From: Wolbachia endosymbiont of Litomosoides sigmodontis
GTDB lineage: Bacteria > Pseudomonadota > Alphaproteobacteria > Rickettsiales > Anaplasmataceae
Length of the DNA: 32,000 nucleotides
Assembly (NCBI RefSeq): GCF_013365435.1
Contig: NZ_CP046577.1
Location: 960,001 to 992,000, forward strand
Reading direction: 5' to 3'
A program made the position numbers and the translations under genes. This document shows positions 20,528-30,667 of the stretch, one piece after another; the stretch's first letter is position 1, and every line of letters starts with the position of its first letter. The notes beneath the pieces are model-generated. The model did not search any database and was not told where the DNA came from. It was given only the letters and a program-made list of their open reading frames with translations.

Positions 20528-20692
20528 AGCTATTAACTTGTATCTACCCAGCCAGTGATCATTGACAGAATATAATTCACACGAAGTGCTTTCATTGCCT
20601 TTTATACATGGACTTTTTAACTTGCGTGGCTTAGAACACCCACCTTGTAGAGCAAAAACAACTAAAATACATAATAATAATTCCTTAAACAT
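20522..20692 (-). CDS. 56-aa putative small lipoprotein (below the ORF-track cutoff)
   Basis: My translation: MFKELLLCILVVFALQGGCSKPRKLKSPCIKGNESTSCELYSVNDHWLGRYKLIAK. It has a signal-like hydrophobic core followed by a lipobox-like LQGGC. It sits 18 nt downstream of the hydrolase gene on the same strand. Confidence 0.3.
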   Translation of the reverse strand: MFKELLLCILVVFALQGGCSKPRKLKSPCIKGNESTSCELYSVNDHWLGRYKLIAK

Positions 20693-20710
20693 GACTAAAT
20701 CTTTTTCTAA

Positions 20711-21409
20711 TTAAGCACACTCTTTTACTCTCACCTCTTTTCTAACCTTTTGAGAAGAAATAGCTGTACTATTTAAGCGTAATCTTACATAATTGTCTAT
20801 AATTTGAGTTACTTCCTCTTCTTTATCTCTCAAGAAGTGATTAGTGTCGTCTATAATGTGGTATTCCATGTGACCACTCTTTACTGAATTTATCAGCCTT
20901 CTTGCTAACTCTGTTACATTGCTTTCTTCTGAAATTGTGTCATTACTGCTTTGTATGATAAGCCCAGGAACTGGACAAGGAGAGAGAAAAGAAAAATCAT
21001 ATTTTGTTACTGGAAGGGAAAGAGCAATAAAACCTACTATCTCAGGTCTACGCATTGTTAATTGCATAGCTACCCATGCTCCAAAAGAAAAACCAACAAT
21101 CCAAATTGGAACGTTACTAGGATTATGTTCTTGAAGCCAATCAATAGCTATTGCAGCATCAGTTAATTCTCCTATACCCTTATCGAAGGTTCCTGTAGAT
21201 TTTCCAACACCACGGAAGTTAATCTTCAATGCAGAAAAATTATTATCTATGAAAGATGTATATATACTATGTATTATTTTACTATCCATACTTCCACCAT
21301 ATTGAGGGTGATGGTGTAAAATTAACACAACTGGTGCATTGATTTCTTTGCTTTGGTGATACTCACCTTCTATTTTTTTTGTTGCATTATTCAAAAAAAC
21401 TTCTACCAT
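20711..21409 (-). CDS. alpha/beta-fold hydrolase (COG2945-like)
   Basis: 232 aa with the nucleophile elbow VGFSFGAW (G-x-S-x-G), a late D and H (SSNDTI, TNHFL), and LILHHHPQYGGSM near the N-terminus. Confidence 0.75.
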   Translation of the reverse strand: MVEVFLNNATKKIEGEYHQSKEINAPVVLILHHHPQYGGSMDSKIIHSIYTSFIDNNFSALKINFRGVGKSTGTFDKGIGELTDAAIAIDWLQEHNPSNVPIWIVGFSFGAWVAMQLTMRRPEIVGFIALSLPVTKYDFSFLSPCPVPGLIIQSSNDTISEESNVTELARRLINSVKSGHMEYHIIDDTNHFLRDKEEEVTQIIDNYVRLRLNSTAISSQKVRKEVRVKECA

Positions 21410-21542
21410 AGCAGCTCCTAATAAAGACCTGTTAACAGATATATAAATTGTGCATGTATTAATTATGTATTAATTTTACTATTCTTGCAACAAGCTTTTT
21501 ATCGTGTTAAAGCTAATATATAGTTAATAGCAGGTTAATTAA

Positions 21543-22703
21543 GTGACAAATGAACCTTTGAATCCATCTTCTTTAGAAAGTAGTGATTACATATACGCTG
21601 ACTATAATGCGACTTTTCCAGTTAGTGGTGATGTAAAAAAGAGTATACTTGAAGTTCTATCAAGACAGGTTCTTAATCCTTCATCACTACATAGAAAAGG
21701 ACAAGAAGCAAGAAGGATTCTTCAGGCCGCAAGATATAACGTTCGTAATGCCATTGGCGTTCCAAGTAATAAAGAAATAGTTTTCACATCTGGTGCAACT
21801 GAAACAAATAGTCTTGTTATGAGAGGAATATCTGGCTTTCAACATGTGATTTCAGCTATAGAACATCCCTCGATTCTTAATTCTGCATGCAATCCACATA
21901 TAATACCCGTTAATCAGGAAGGTATTGTCGATCTTTTGGTACTAGAAAGAATTCTAAACAAACTTAAAGGGAACAGAGTAATAGTTTCAGTTATAATGGC
22001 CAATAACGAAACTGGAGTTATTCAACCAGTTAAAGAAATAGCTGAAATAGCACATAAATTCGAAGCAATCTATCACACTGACGCTGCTCAAAGTGTTGGG
22101 AAAATCAAGGTTGATATGGAAGATTTAGGGATAGATTTATTAACTTTATCTGCCCACAAATTTGGCGGTATAGCTGGTAGCGGGGTTTTAATATTTAATA
22201 AAGACCTTGTAATAGAACCTATCATAGTAGGTGGTGGACAAGAAAAAGGATTGCGCGGTGGCACGGAAAATATTGTTGCAATTGCAGGCCTTTCCTCTGC
22301 ATTGCAAGGTATTCAAAATCTCTTATCAAAGATGGATGAAATAAAGAAGTTACGTGATCAATTAGAGCATGAGTTATTGAATCTTGCCTGTGATGTCAAA
22401 ATCTTCGGTAAGAACTCTAAAAGATTGCCAAACACGAGCCTCATTTATATGCCAGGAGTGAAAAGTGATGTGCAGCTCATGCATTTTGACTTAAATAACA
22501 TTGCAGTTAGCAATGGCTCTGCGTGTTCTTCTGGAAAGGTTGAGCCTTCCCATGTTTTACTTGCAATGGGGGCAACAAAAGAACAAGCAGAGTGCTCAAT
22601 TAGAGTCAGTATAGGTCCACAAACCAAGCCACAAGACATAAGAAAAATAGTAGATTGTTGGTATAATATTTACACGAAGAATACCTTAAATATGTATAAG
22701 TAA
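21543..22703 (+). CDS. cysteine desulfurase, class V aminotransferase (NifS/IscS family)
   Basis: 386 aa starting at GTG. Contains YADYNATFP, the PLP-lysine block LSAHKFGG, and the catalytic cysteine loop SNGSACSSGKVEPSHVLLAMG. Confidence 0.9.
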   Translation: MTNEPLNPSSLESSDYIYADYNATFPVSGDVKKSILEVLSRQVLNPSSLHRKGQEARRILQAARYNVRNAIGVPSNKEIVFTSGATETNSLVMRGISGFQHVISAIEHPSILNSACNPHIIPVNQEGIVDLLVLERILNKLKGNRVIVSVIMANNETGVIQPVKEIAEIAHKFEAIYHTDAAQSVGKIKVDMEDLGIDLLTLSAHKFGGIAGSGVLIFNKDLVIEPIIVGGGQEKGLRGGTENIVAIAGLSSALQGIQNLLSKMDEIKKLRDQLEHELLNLACDVKIFGKNSKRLPNTSLIYMPGVKSDVQLMHFDLNNIAVSNGSACSSGKVEPSHVLLAMGATKEQAECSIRVSIGPQTKPQDIRKIVDCWYNIYTKNTLNMYK

Positions 22704-23177
22704 TTGACTAGCACAAAAAAACTACTTGAACAAACCTTGCCAGCTCTTTTAAACCATTAGAATTGAACATATTCAGTTATCTTTAATCTCTGCAGAGAGA
22801 AAATGATAAGGTATCATAGTTGGCGTCTTATGTTTAATTTTTTGCACCATACACATCATGTTTTAACAATGTTTCTAGTTCTATATCTATAGAAACCGAA
22901 ATATGCTTACAGATCGCTCGAAGTAATATAATATATTAATTTTAGAATTAGAAAATAAGCAACTTTTACCACAGAATTCTCTCGCCTTTTTCTGCTTAAT
23001 AAAATTTAAAAACATTTATGACTAAAGGTTAATTGTAATAAAAGGTAGCTGAGTCGCGGTAAGTATTCAAAATATAAAAAACACCTATGTTTTTAAATAG
23101 ATATTAACTAGTGCTTTTTCTCATTTGAGCCCCTTAACTGCTCAAGCAAAAATTTGTCACAAATTATGAAGCTAATA

Positions 23178-23619
23178 CTAATTCTCACTATATTAACAGG
23201 CCAAATAAGTGAAATTATAGAGTTGTTTAATTGCAGAGTGAGAAAGGGAGGTAATAAATTTGCAAAGCGCTCTCAAGCAAAGCAATTGTATGATAGACTT
23301 TATTACGCAAAATATTCTATTCTATATATAGAATTAAAGTCTCTCAATAAGATTTAGCCCAGGTGAATTGGTGGCAAGTATGTAATCTCAATATTTTTAG
23401 GTACCCTTAAATTTTTCGGTTTATTTTAATTAGAATAATTCTAGCCAAGAAAGGTTTTTCATATTCTTAAGCATTGCAACATTTATTCAAGAAATATATT
23501 CGTATAATTAGCGTTGACACCCGGTACAAATAAGCCAAAATTCTCTACATTTCTAAGATTAATTGCACTATAGAGATAAAAATTTTGTCTATCTAACTTT
23601 ACTTTAATCCATGTTCTAA
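23178..23619 (-). mobile_element. IS630-like right-half fragment F1 (about 440 bp)
   Basis: TA|CTAATTCTCACTATATTAACAGG terminus at 23176. It is truncated at element position about 645 (...CATGTTCTAA|TA) and abuts the left terminus of F2. This is the same junction as C/D in the opposite orientation. Confidence 0.75.
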
Positions 23620-23621
23620 TA

Positions 23622-24544
23622 CCAATTCTCATTTTATAAGCAACGAATAGATAATAACGGAAAAGAAGTCATACTAAAGTAAGCAAAATAACGAGGTTCA
23701 AATGATGATGAAATCAAAATTATGGGGTAAAAAGCCTTGGAAATTAGCAAAAGAAATACTGAAGAAAGTGTAAAACAACGCACATGTTATAAAAAATTAA
23801 ATGCTGTGATTGCAGCAAAAAAAAGCATAATATAATACTGTAGCAAAAATATGTTTCATTTTAGGAATAACACTAACTACATGGACAACGTACTTAAAAT
23901 TTAGAAGATAAGTAAAATTGTTTACTCTCCTTCAACATTGTAAAAGAACTAGATTAGTCAGAGCCAATTTGAACAAGTTGAAGTATAGAACAGAAAAACT
24001 TAATGAGATTATTGGTAAGTATCATAAACAAGAGTTATTCATCTTTTATAAATCTCGGTCTGATACATATTCGAAAATTGAACACTAGTGATTTAAAAAA
24101 GGTATTAAAACACAAGTTAAAGTAAAATTAGATAGACAAAATTTTTATCTCTATAGTGCAATTAATCTTAAAAAGAGAGAGAATTCTGGCTTATTTGTAC
24201 AGAATGTCAACGCTAATTATATGAATATATTTCTTGAATAAATGTTGCAATATTTAAGAACATAACAAGCCTTCCTTGGCATGAATTATTCTAATTAACA
24301 TAAGTTAAAAAATTTAAAAGTACCTTAAAATATCAAGATTATATACTTATTACCATATTCACCAAAGTTTAATCTTATTGAGAGATTTTAATTACATATA
24401 AAACAGAACATTTTGCGCAACAAAGTCTATAATGCAATTCCTTGCTTAAGGAAGCTTTATGCAAATTTATTGCCTCTCTTTTTTACTCTACAATAAAATA
24501 ATCCTGCAATGTCACTTATTTAAGTTACTAACAAAGAAAATTGG
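23622..24544 (+). mobile_element. degenerate IS630-like element, copy F2 (internal deletion of about 190 bp)
   Basis: Left terminus TA|CCAATTCTCATTTTATAAGC and right terminus ...GAAAATTGG|TA at 24544. The block between about 23985 and 24000 is missing relative to other copies. Confidence 0.8.
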
Positions 24545-24546
24545 TA

Positions 24547-25024
24547 TAAAAAGCGAAAAAGAGAGAATGGAAAATTGATTTGATTGTAAAAAGAAATCTA
24601 TATCGAACTGATTTACACGAGGAAATCATAAAATCAAGATCCCAATGTTACGCATTGTAATAGCAGAGGAAAAGGAGTGCTGTTATGACAGGAAAATAAT
24701 GTGTCATTTCAACACATGATTAGGGAAAAAGACATAAATCTCAGTGGCATTGAAAAGACAACGATTGAGGTATCATGAAAGTGTCTGGACTGCAGAATAG
24801 TGCGATCTTAGCCTACTAATGGCGCAAACTTTAGTGCATGACATTAGAATTTATAACTAACGATAATTTACTTTTATCGTCTAAAATCTATATCGAATAC
24901 AAGGATTAAAGTCAACTAGATTACAGTGTTACGCACTAAAATGATAAGAAAAGTACAGAAATAACGTAATGGAACGTTATCCAGGTGGTTACCAATCTCA
25001 AGAAAGTGCAACATCATTACTTGT
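24547..25024 (+). repeat. R480 repeat, copy 1 (unclassified)
   Basis: About 480 bp, collinear with 27910..28397 at roughly 85% by eye. Both copies start right after the TA that follows an IS right terminus. It contains two direct sub-repeats of about 90 bp (AAATCTATATCGAA...GTTACGCA...). Confidence 0.7.
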
Positions 25025-25610
25025 ATAGAAAAATCAAAACCATATTCGCATGGCTACATGCATACAAAAATGAAGTGCATTTTGGTCATTAACAAAATTG
25101 ATCTGGTAAAAAAGCTGAGCTAAAGATAGTGTGCGGACATCTGAACTTGCTTTATAAATTTGAAAAAACTTTTATAATATCAGCATTAAAAGAGTGATGG
25201 ACTTTATAAGTTAATGGATTACTTATCTGAAGTTGTACTGGTAAGTTCTCAATTTTATAGGAAAGATCAGGTAACTAATTCCTCGACAGGTTTTTTGTTC
25301 AGCGAAAATTACAAAGGGAAAATTGTTCTTGAATTTGCATAAGGAATTTCCATATTCTGCAGATGTCATAACAGAACAATTTGAAGAGGGAAAAGATGAA
25401 AGTTTGTCCATAAAACAAGTAATGTTTGTCCTGAAAGATAGTCATAAAAAATAGTGCTAGAGAAGCCGTGAAAGTAATATTAAGGAAAAAATTGGCATCA
25501 AAGGTATGTGTTGAATTAGAAAAGTTATTTGAGCATAAAATGCATCTATTTTTGTTTTTGAAAATACAACATTGAACTGATCACCTAAGGAACATATAGA
25601 AAATGTTTAA
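25025..25610 (+). pseudogene. era: era pseudogene (lacks about the first 100 codons, many frameshifts and stops)
   Basis: Collinear with era 30085..30667. Reads EKSKPYSHGYMHTKMKCILVINKIDLVKK-LS*R*..., with stops and frame changes throughout. Confidence 0.85.
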
Positions 25611-26412
25611 TTCTTTATTGGTATTTGATATTGAAACTATACCAGATGTAAATTCCTGCAGGAATTTACTCGATATTAATAATAGTAGCGTAAAAGAGAA
25701 AAGAGATGCGTTAACAAAATACCACCTTGAAATAACAAACGGACAAAACCCCTTTTTGCGTCAGCCCTTTCACCAAGTTATAGTTGTTAGTTTTTTACTT
25801 TGCAGTGTAGCTTACCAAAGTGGTTACGAAGTATTCACCCTTCAGGAAATTAGATCTGGAGGCACACTAGATTCCAGTGAAAAGGAACTGGTAAAAGAAT
25901 TTTTTGACTACATATCAGAAAAAAAACCAAGGCTAATTTCTTTCAATGGACGCACTTTTGACATACCAGTACTTAAATATCGTGCTATGGTCCATGGCAT
26001 CCAAGCAGAATATTTTCATAAAGCTGGCGATAAGTGGAATAGCTATAATCAAAGATATAGTAGTGATTGGCATTGTGATTTACTCGAATCTCTCTCTGAT
26101 TTTGGAGCATCTGCTAGAGTAAAAATGAACGAGGTCTGTGCAGCATTTAATCTTCCTGGTAAAATTGGAGTTGATGGATCGCAAGTTGTAGATTTGTATG
26201 ATAGCGGTAAAATACAAGAAATCCGAAATTATTGTGAAACAGACGTAGTTAACACTTATTTAATTTATTTGAGATTTATGCATCATCAAGGAAGAATCAC
26301 TACCAAAAGCTACAACAAAAATGTAGAGGAGCTACTCTCGGAATGCGAAAAAAAAGCGCACCTAAAAAAATTTAAAGAGGAGTGGGAAATATATCTACAC
26401 TCAGCTAAGTAA
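25603..26412 (+). CDS. PolB-like 3'-5' exonuclease (DEDDy, RNase H-like fold, COG3298-type)
   Basis: 269 aa with Exo I LVFDIETIPD, Exo II LISFNGRTFDIPVL and Exo III NYCETDVVNTYLIY. The start is embedded in ATGTTTAA, which overlaps the (decayed) era stop. Confidence 0.8.
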   Translation: MFNSLLVFDIETIPDVNSCRNLLDINNSSVKEKRDALTKYHLEITNGQNPFLRQPFHQVIVVSFLLCSVAYQSGYEVFTLQEIRSGGTLDSSEKELVKEFFDYISEKKPRLISFNGRTFDIPVLKYRAMVHGIQAEYFHKAGDKWNSYNQRYSSDWHCDLLESLSDFGASARVKMNEVCAAFNLPGKIGVDGSQVVDLYDSGKIQEIRNYCETDVVNTYLIYLRFMHHQGRITTKSYNKNVEELLSECEKKAHLKKFKEEWEIYLHSAK

Positions 26413-26526
26413 CGTGAAAGATGATAGGCAGGAGATTGTAGAAGGTTTTAGCTCCTTTTATTTTCATGCTAAGTATGATAAAATTATTCATTCAAGGAAT
26501 GAATTTCCTCTTCCGATTGAGTAACA

Positions 26527-26814
26527 CCAATTATCATTGGTAATAGGTCAAATAAGCGACATACAGAATTGCTTAATTGCAAAATGAGAAAAGAGAGGTG
26601 ATAAATTTGCAAAAGCACTCTCAAGCAAAGCAATTGTACTATAGACTTTACTATACAAATGTTCTGTTTTATATACAAATAAAGCCTCTCATAAGATTAA
26701 GCTCTAGTGAGTATGGTGATAGGTATATAATCCTGATATTTTTAGGTACCTTTAAATTTTCTGACTTATGCTAACTAGAACCATACATGACAAGAAAGGT
26801 TTTTTGTGTTTTTA
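26527..26814 (-). mobile_element. IS630-like right-end fragment H1 (about 290 bp)
   Basis: Terminus CCAATTATCATTGGTAATAGGTCAAATAAG. It is truncated at element position about 800 and abuts the left end of H2. Same junction class as E1/E2 and I1/I2. Confidence 0.75.
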
Positions 26815-26816
26815 TA

Positions 26817-27907
26817 ATAATTTGCAATGTAAAGAAAAAGATAGACAATAATAGAAAAGAAATCTTACTGAAGTAAGTAAAATAGCGAGATTCAAACGCT
26901 GTTAAAATCAAAATCATTGAATAAAAAAGTAATGAAATCAGCAAAAGAAATACTGAAGAAAGTGCAAAATAACGTACATGTTGTAAAAAATTAAATGCTG
27001 TAACTGCAGCAAAAAAGCACAGTATACTAGCGTAGCAAAAATATGTTGCACTTCATAAACAACATTAATTGCATGGATAACGCACCTAAAATTTGGAAGA
27101 TAAGAAAAATTATTTACTCTCCTTCAACATCGTAAAAAAACCAGATCAGTCATAGTCAATTTGAATAAGTTGGACATAAAACAAGAAAACTCTAACATTA
27201 TCATTTAAAGAAATGAGGATAGAAATCTAGGAAAATTTGGCTTAAATGTTAGAAAATCTACAATACATCGTAATACGCAAAAAATGAAGTTTTCATATAT
27301 CACGCCAAGACCAGTTTATAGTAAACAAGATTAAAGGTAAATAAGAAGAGTTTTAAAAAATTTAATGAGATTATTGGTAAATATCATGAATAAGAGTTGT
27401 TCATCTTTGATGAATCTCGGTTTGGCATACAATTCGAAAATTGAACACTGGTAATTTAAAAAAGGCATTAGGGCATAGATTAAAGTAAAATTAAGTAAAC
27501 AAAATTTTTATCTCTACAGTGCAGTTAATTCTAGAAATGCAGAAACCTATGGCTTACCTACATCAAATGTCAACATTAATTATCGAATATATTTCTTGAA
27601 TAAATGTTGCAATATTTAAGAACATGAAAAACCTTTCTTGACATGAATTATTCTAATTAACATAAATTAAAAAATTTAAAAGTACCTAAAAATATCAAGA
27701 TTATATACTTACTACCATACTCACCCAAATTTAATCCTATTGAGAAATTTTAGTTATATATAAAACAGAGCATTTTGCACAACAAAGTCTATAATGCAAT
27801 TACTTTACTTGAGGAAGCTTTATACAAATTTATTACCTTTCTTTTTTACTCTACAATAAAATAACTCTGCAATGTCACTTATTTGACTTGCCAACAAAGA
27901 AAATTGG
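26817..27907 (+). mobile_element. degenerate IS630-like element, copy H2 (full length)
   Basis: Left end ATAATTTGCAATGTAAAGAAAAAGATAGACAATAATAG and right end ...GAAAATTGG|TA at 27907. The frame is broken throughout. Confidence 0.8.
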
Positions 27908-27909
27908 TA

Positions 27910-28397
27910 TAAAAAGCGAAAAAGAGAATGGAAAATTGATTTGATTGTGAAAAGAAATCTATATTGAACTGATTTACATGAGAAAATCATAAAATAAAAT
28001 CGAGATCCCAATGTTACGCATTGCAATGACAGAGGAAAAGTAGTACCTAATATGACAGGAAAATAATGTGTCATTTTAACATATGATCAGGAAAGAAGAC
28101 ATAAATCCCAATGGTATTATTAGAAAGGCAATGATTGAGGCATCAGAAAGTGGCTGGACTATAGAGCAGTGCAATTTTGCCTACCAATGGGGTAAACCTT
28201 AGTGCATGACACTAGAATTTATAATTAACGATGATTTATTTCTATCATCCTGAAATCCATATCTGATATAATGGTCAAAGTTAACTAAGATTACAGTGTC
28301 ACGCGCTGAAATGATAAGAAAAGTGCAAGAATAACGTGATGAAACGCTATCCAAGTAAATTACCAATCTCAAGAAAGTGTAGCAGCATCATTTATTG
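27910..28397 (+). repeat. R480 repeat, copy 2
   Basis: Collinear with 24547..25024. Similarity ends at ...ATCATTTATTG, where copy 1 continues into era' and copy 2 continues into the SurA-like remnant. Confidence 0.7.
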
Positions 28398-28419
28398 AGA
28401 TCTTAAAAAATAATTGTGA

Positions 28420-29625
28420 CATTATTTCTCTTATAGAGTCTTGAAATATTGGATCTTTAACGTTAACCTGGATTACAATATCAGTTTTAAAATCTGTATT
28501 ACCTTCAAGTTATTTATTACTGTGCCTCGCAACCTTGAGTCACTTATCACAGCAGTGTAAAAATCTGGATTTTGCACGTAACTTCATCAGTTAACCTTTT
28601 TTATTATTAGGAAATAGTTTGGTAACTACTTCTTTAGCTATTGGGTCCATTCCTTTTTTGCTAAAAACCTTTGCTATTTGACCTTATACTCTATACCAGT
28701 GATACCAAGAGATCCACTAAGCTTTTCTACTAGAATTAATTTTTGGTCATCTTTCGCATCAAGCACTTTTTTTACTACAGCTGATGTTCCAAGATCAGCA
28801 ATTTTGACAAATATCTTAGCTAATTCACTTTCAACAATCTTTACTCCTTTATTGCTAATACCCCTTCACATTAAATATTGCTCCTATTAAAGCTTTTTCT
28901 TTATCTGTTTGAGTTGCAATGCTTGATTCATCAGCTTTAACAAAGCGAGCCTTTTTCAGCTAAGAAATCCTTAACTGTCATTTTAGAATTGCTGTTGCCG
29001 TACACTGCGCTAAGCTCATCAAAAGATCTAGCAAATTTTTCTATTAGAATTGATTTTCGGTCATCTTTTGAAGAAAGTACTTTCTCTGTGAAAACTTTTT
29101 GATTTGCTGCATCTGTCAGATTGGAAGTATCTTTTTTAACAAACTTGCCTTCTAGTTCAGTTTTACAACTTTTTTTACTCGAATTACTTAGATCTGTTAC
29201 TCTAAACATAGCATCTGCAATAGGCTTTATTGACACTTCTTCTGCAAGGAGTATCGCTGTATCAGCGAACATTCTTCATATCAAGAACATCCTTCATAAG
29301 GAGCTCTTTTATAACTTCTTCTGCAAGAATTAATCTACCACCTATAGCTTTTTATGTAGCAAGCAATGTACTTACAATGTTACCAAGACCTTTTATTTGA
29401 ATTGCGCTACATCTCTTTTCTGATATATAAATTTTACCTTTCCTTTCAGCAGATTGCTTAATTTGATATCATTAATGTTAACTAGAGCAGAAATATTTGA
29501 AGCATCTTATGGTATTAGTCGTTGCCTCCACCATCTTTATAAATTATAGCTTTAACTTCATTTAGACATAATGTCATTCCTTTGGCTTTTACTAATTTTC
29601 CATAAAGATGAAAATTATCTACCAT
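28420..29625 (-). pseudogene. heavily decayed gene, possibly a SurA/PpiD-type periplasmic chaperone
   Basis: Minus-strand fragments occur in several frames. They include an N-terminal MVDNFHLYGKLVKAKGMTLCLNEVKAIIYK, LILAEEVIKELLMKDVL / ILLAEEVSIKPIADAMF, and two similar blocks, KDDRKSILIEKFARSFDELSAVYGNS and KDDQKLILVEKLSGSLGITG. The two blocks resemble the helix plus loop that precede parvulin cores. The family call is tentative. Confidence 0.3.
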
Positions 29626-29782
29626 ATCACTCTCTGTCAATTATAAAATCTAAAGATATATAAAAAAGTATAATTTTCATAAATGTCAGATCTTATATAA
29701 GACCCTCTTAAAGTTTATTGTTTTAGAATTCTCTTCATTGCACGCTTGACACTAAAACCTAGTTTTCTTTACAATTTCCTTT

Positions 29783-30667
29783 GTGAAAGAACAAAAATGC
29801 TTATTTATTACCATAGCTGGTTTACCAAATGCAGGAAAGTCTACACTAATTAACAGCATTATCGGTAAGAAAATTGCAATCGTTACTCCCAAAGTGCAAA
29901 CAACGAGAACACAAATAAGGGGTATTGCAATATGCAATGATACACAAGCTATCTTTACTGACTCTCCAGGGATATTTTCAGCGGAAACAAAACTTGAGAA
30001 AGCCCTGATCAAATCCGCATGGTCAGCAATCAAGGGTGATGACGTTACTTTGTTGCTTATTGATGTGAGTAATTATTTGGAAAATATAGAAAAAATCAAA
30101 ACCATATTCGCACGGCTGCAGCACATGAAAACAAAGTGCATTTTGGTCGTTAACAAAATTGATCTGGTAAAAAAATCTGAGCTAAAGATGGCATACGAAC
30201 ATCTGAATTTGCTTTATAAATTTGAAAAAACTTTCATAATATCAGCACTAAAGAGCGATGGACTTTCTGATTTGATGAATTACTTATCTAAAGTTGCACC
30301 GGTAAGCCCTTGGTTTTATGGAGAAGATCAGGTGACTGATTCCTCAACGTGGTTTTTGTCAGCGGAAATTACAAGGGAAAAATTGTTCTTGAATTTGCGT
30401 GAAGAATTGCCATATTCTGCAGCTATCAGGACCGAACAATTTGAAGAGAAAAAAGATGAAAGTTTAGTCATAAAACAAGTGATATTTGTACTGAAAGATA
30501 GTCATAAAAAAATAGTGCTAGGGAAGAGTGGAAGTAATATTAAGAAAATTGGCATTGAAGCGCGTATTGAATTAGAAAAGTTATTTGAGCGTAAAGTTCA
30601 TCTATTTTTGTTTGTGAAAGTGCGACCTTGGACTGATTGTCCTGAAGAATATATAGATGATGTTTAA
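29783..30667 (+). CDS. era: GTPase Era
   Basis: 294 aa starting at GTG. Contains G1 AGLPNAGKST, G3 DSPG, G4 NKID, and a C-terminal KH domain (VLGKSGSNIKKIGIEAR). Confidence 0.95.
   Translation: MKEQKCLFITIAGLPNAGKSTLINSIIGKKIAIVTPKVQTTRTQIRGIAICNDTQAIFTDSPGIFSAETKLEKALIKSAWSAIKGDDVTLLLIDVSNYLENIEKIKTIFARLQHMKTKCILVVNKIDLVKKSELKMAYEHLNLLYKFEKTFIISALKSDGLSDLMNYLSKVAPVSPWFYGEDQVTDSSTWFLSAEITREKLFLNLREELPYSAAIRTEQFEEKKDESLVIKQVIFVLKDSHKKIVLGKSGSNIKKIGIEARIELEKLFERKVHLFLFVKVRPWTDCPEEYIDDV

Noticed and set aside
22704-23177. Gap of about 470 bp after the cysteine desulfurase, inspected for an ncRNA or gene remnant. It includes a small TTGAGC...GCTCAA hairpin near 23125.
   Set aside because: No recognisable RNA family features, no coherent reading frame, and the hairpin is only 6 bp.
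24547-25024. R480 as a group II intron fragment or the remnant of a second IS transposase (the strings GTGCGATC and KREWKIDLI caught my eye).
   Set aside because: I could not find convincing intron domain V/VI-like structure or any transposase or reverse-transcriptase motif in any frame. It is left as unclassified.
28937-29272. 111-aa ORF as a real hypothetical protein.
   Set aside because: It sits among collinear out-of-frame fragments of the same apparent ancestral gene, and its sequence partly repeats in a neighbouring frame-broken block. It is treated as part of a pseudogene.
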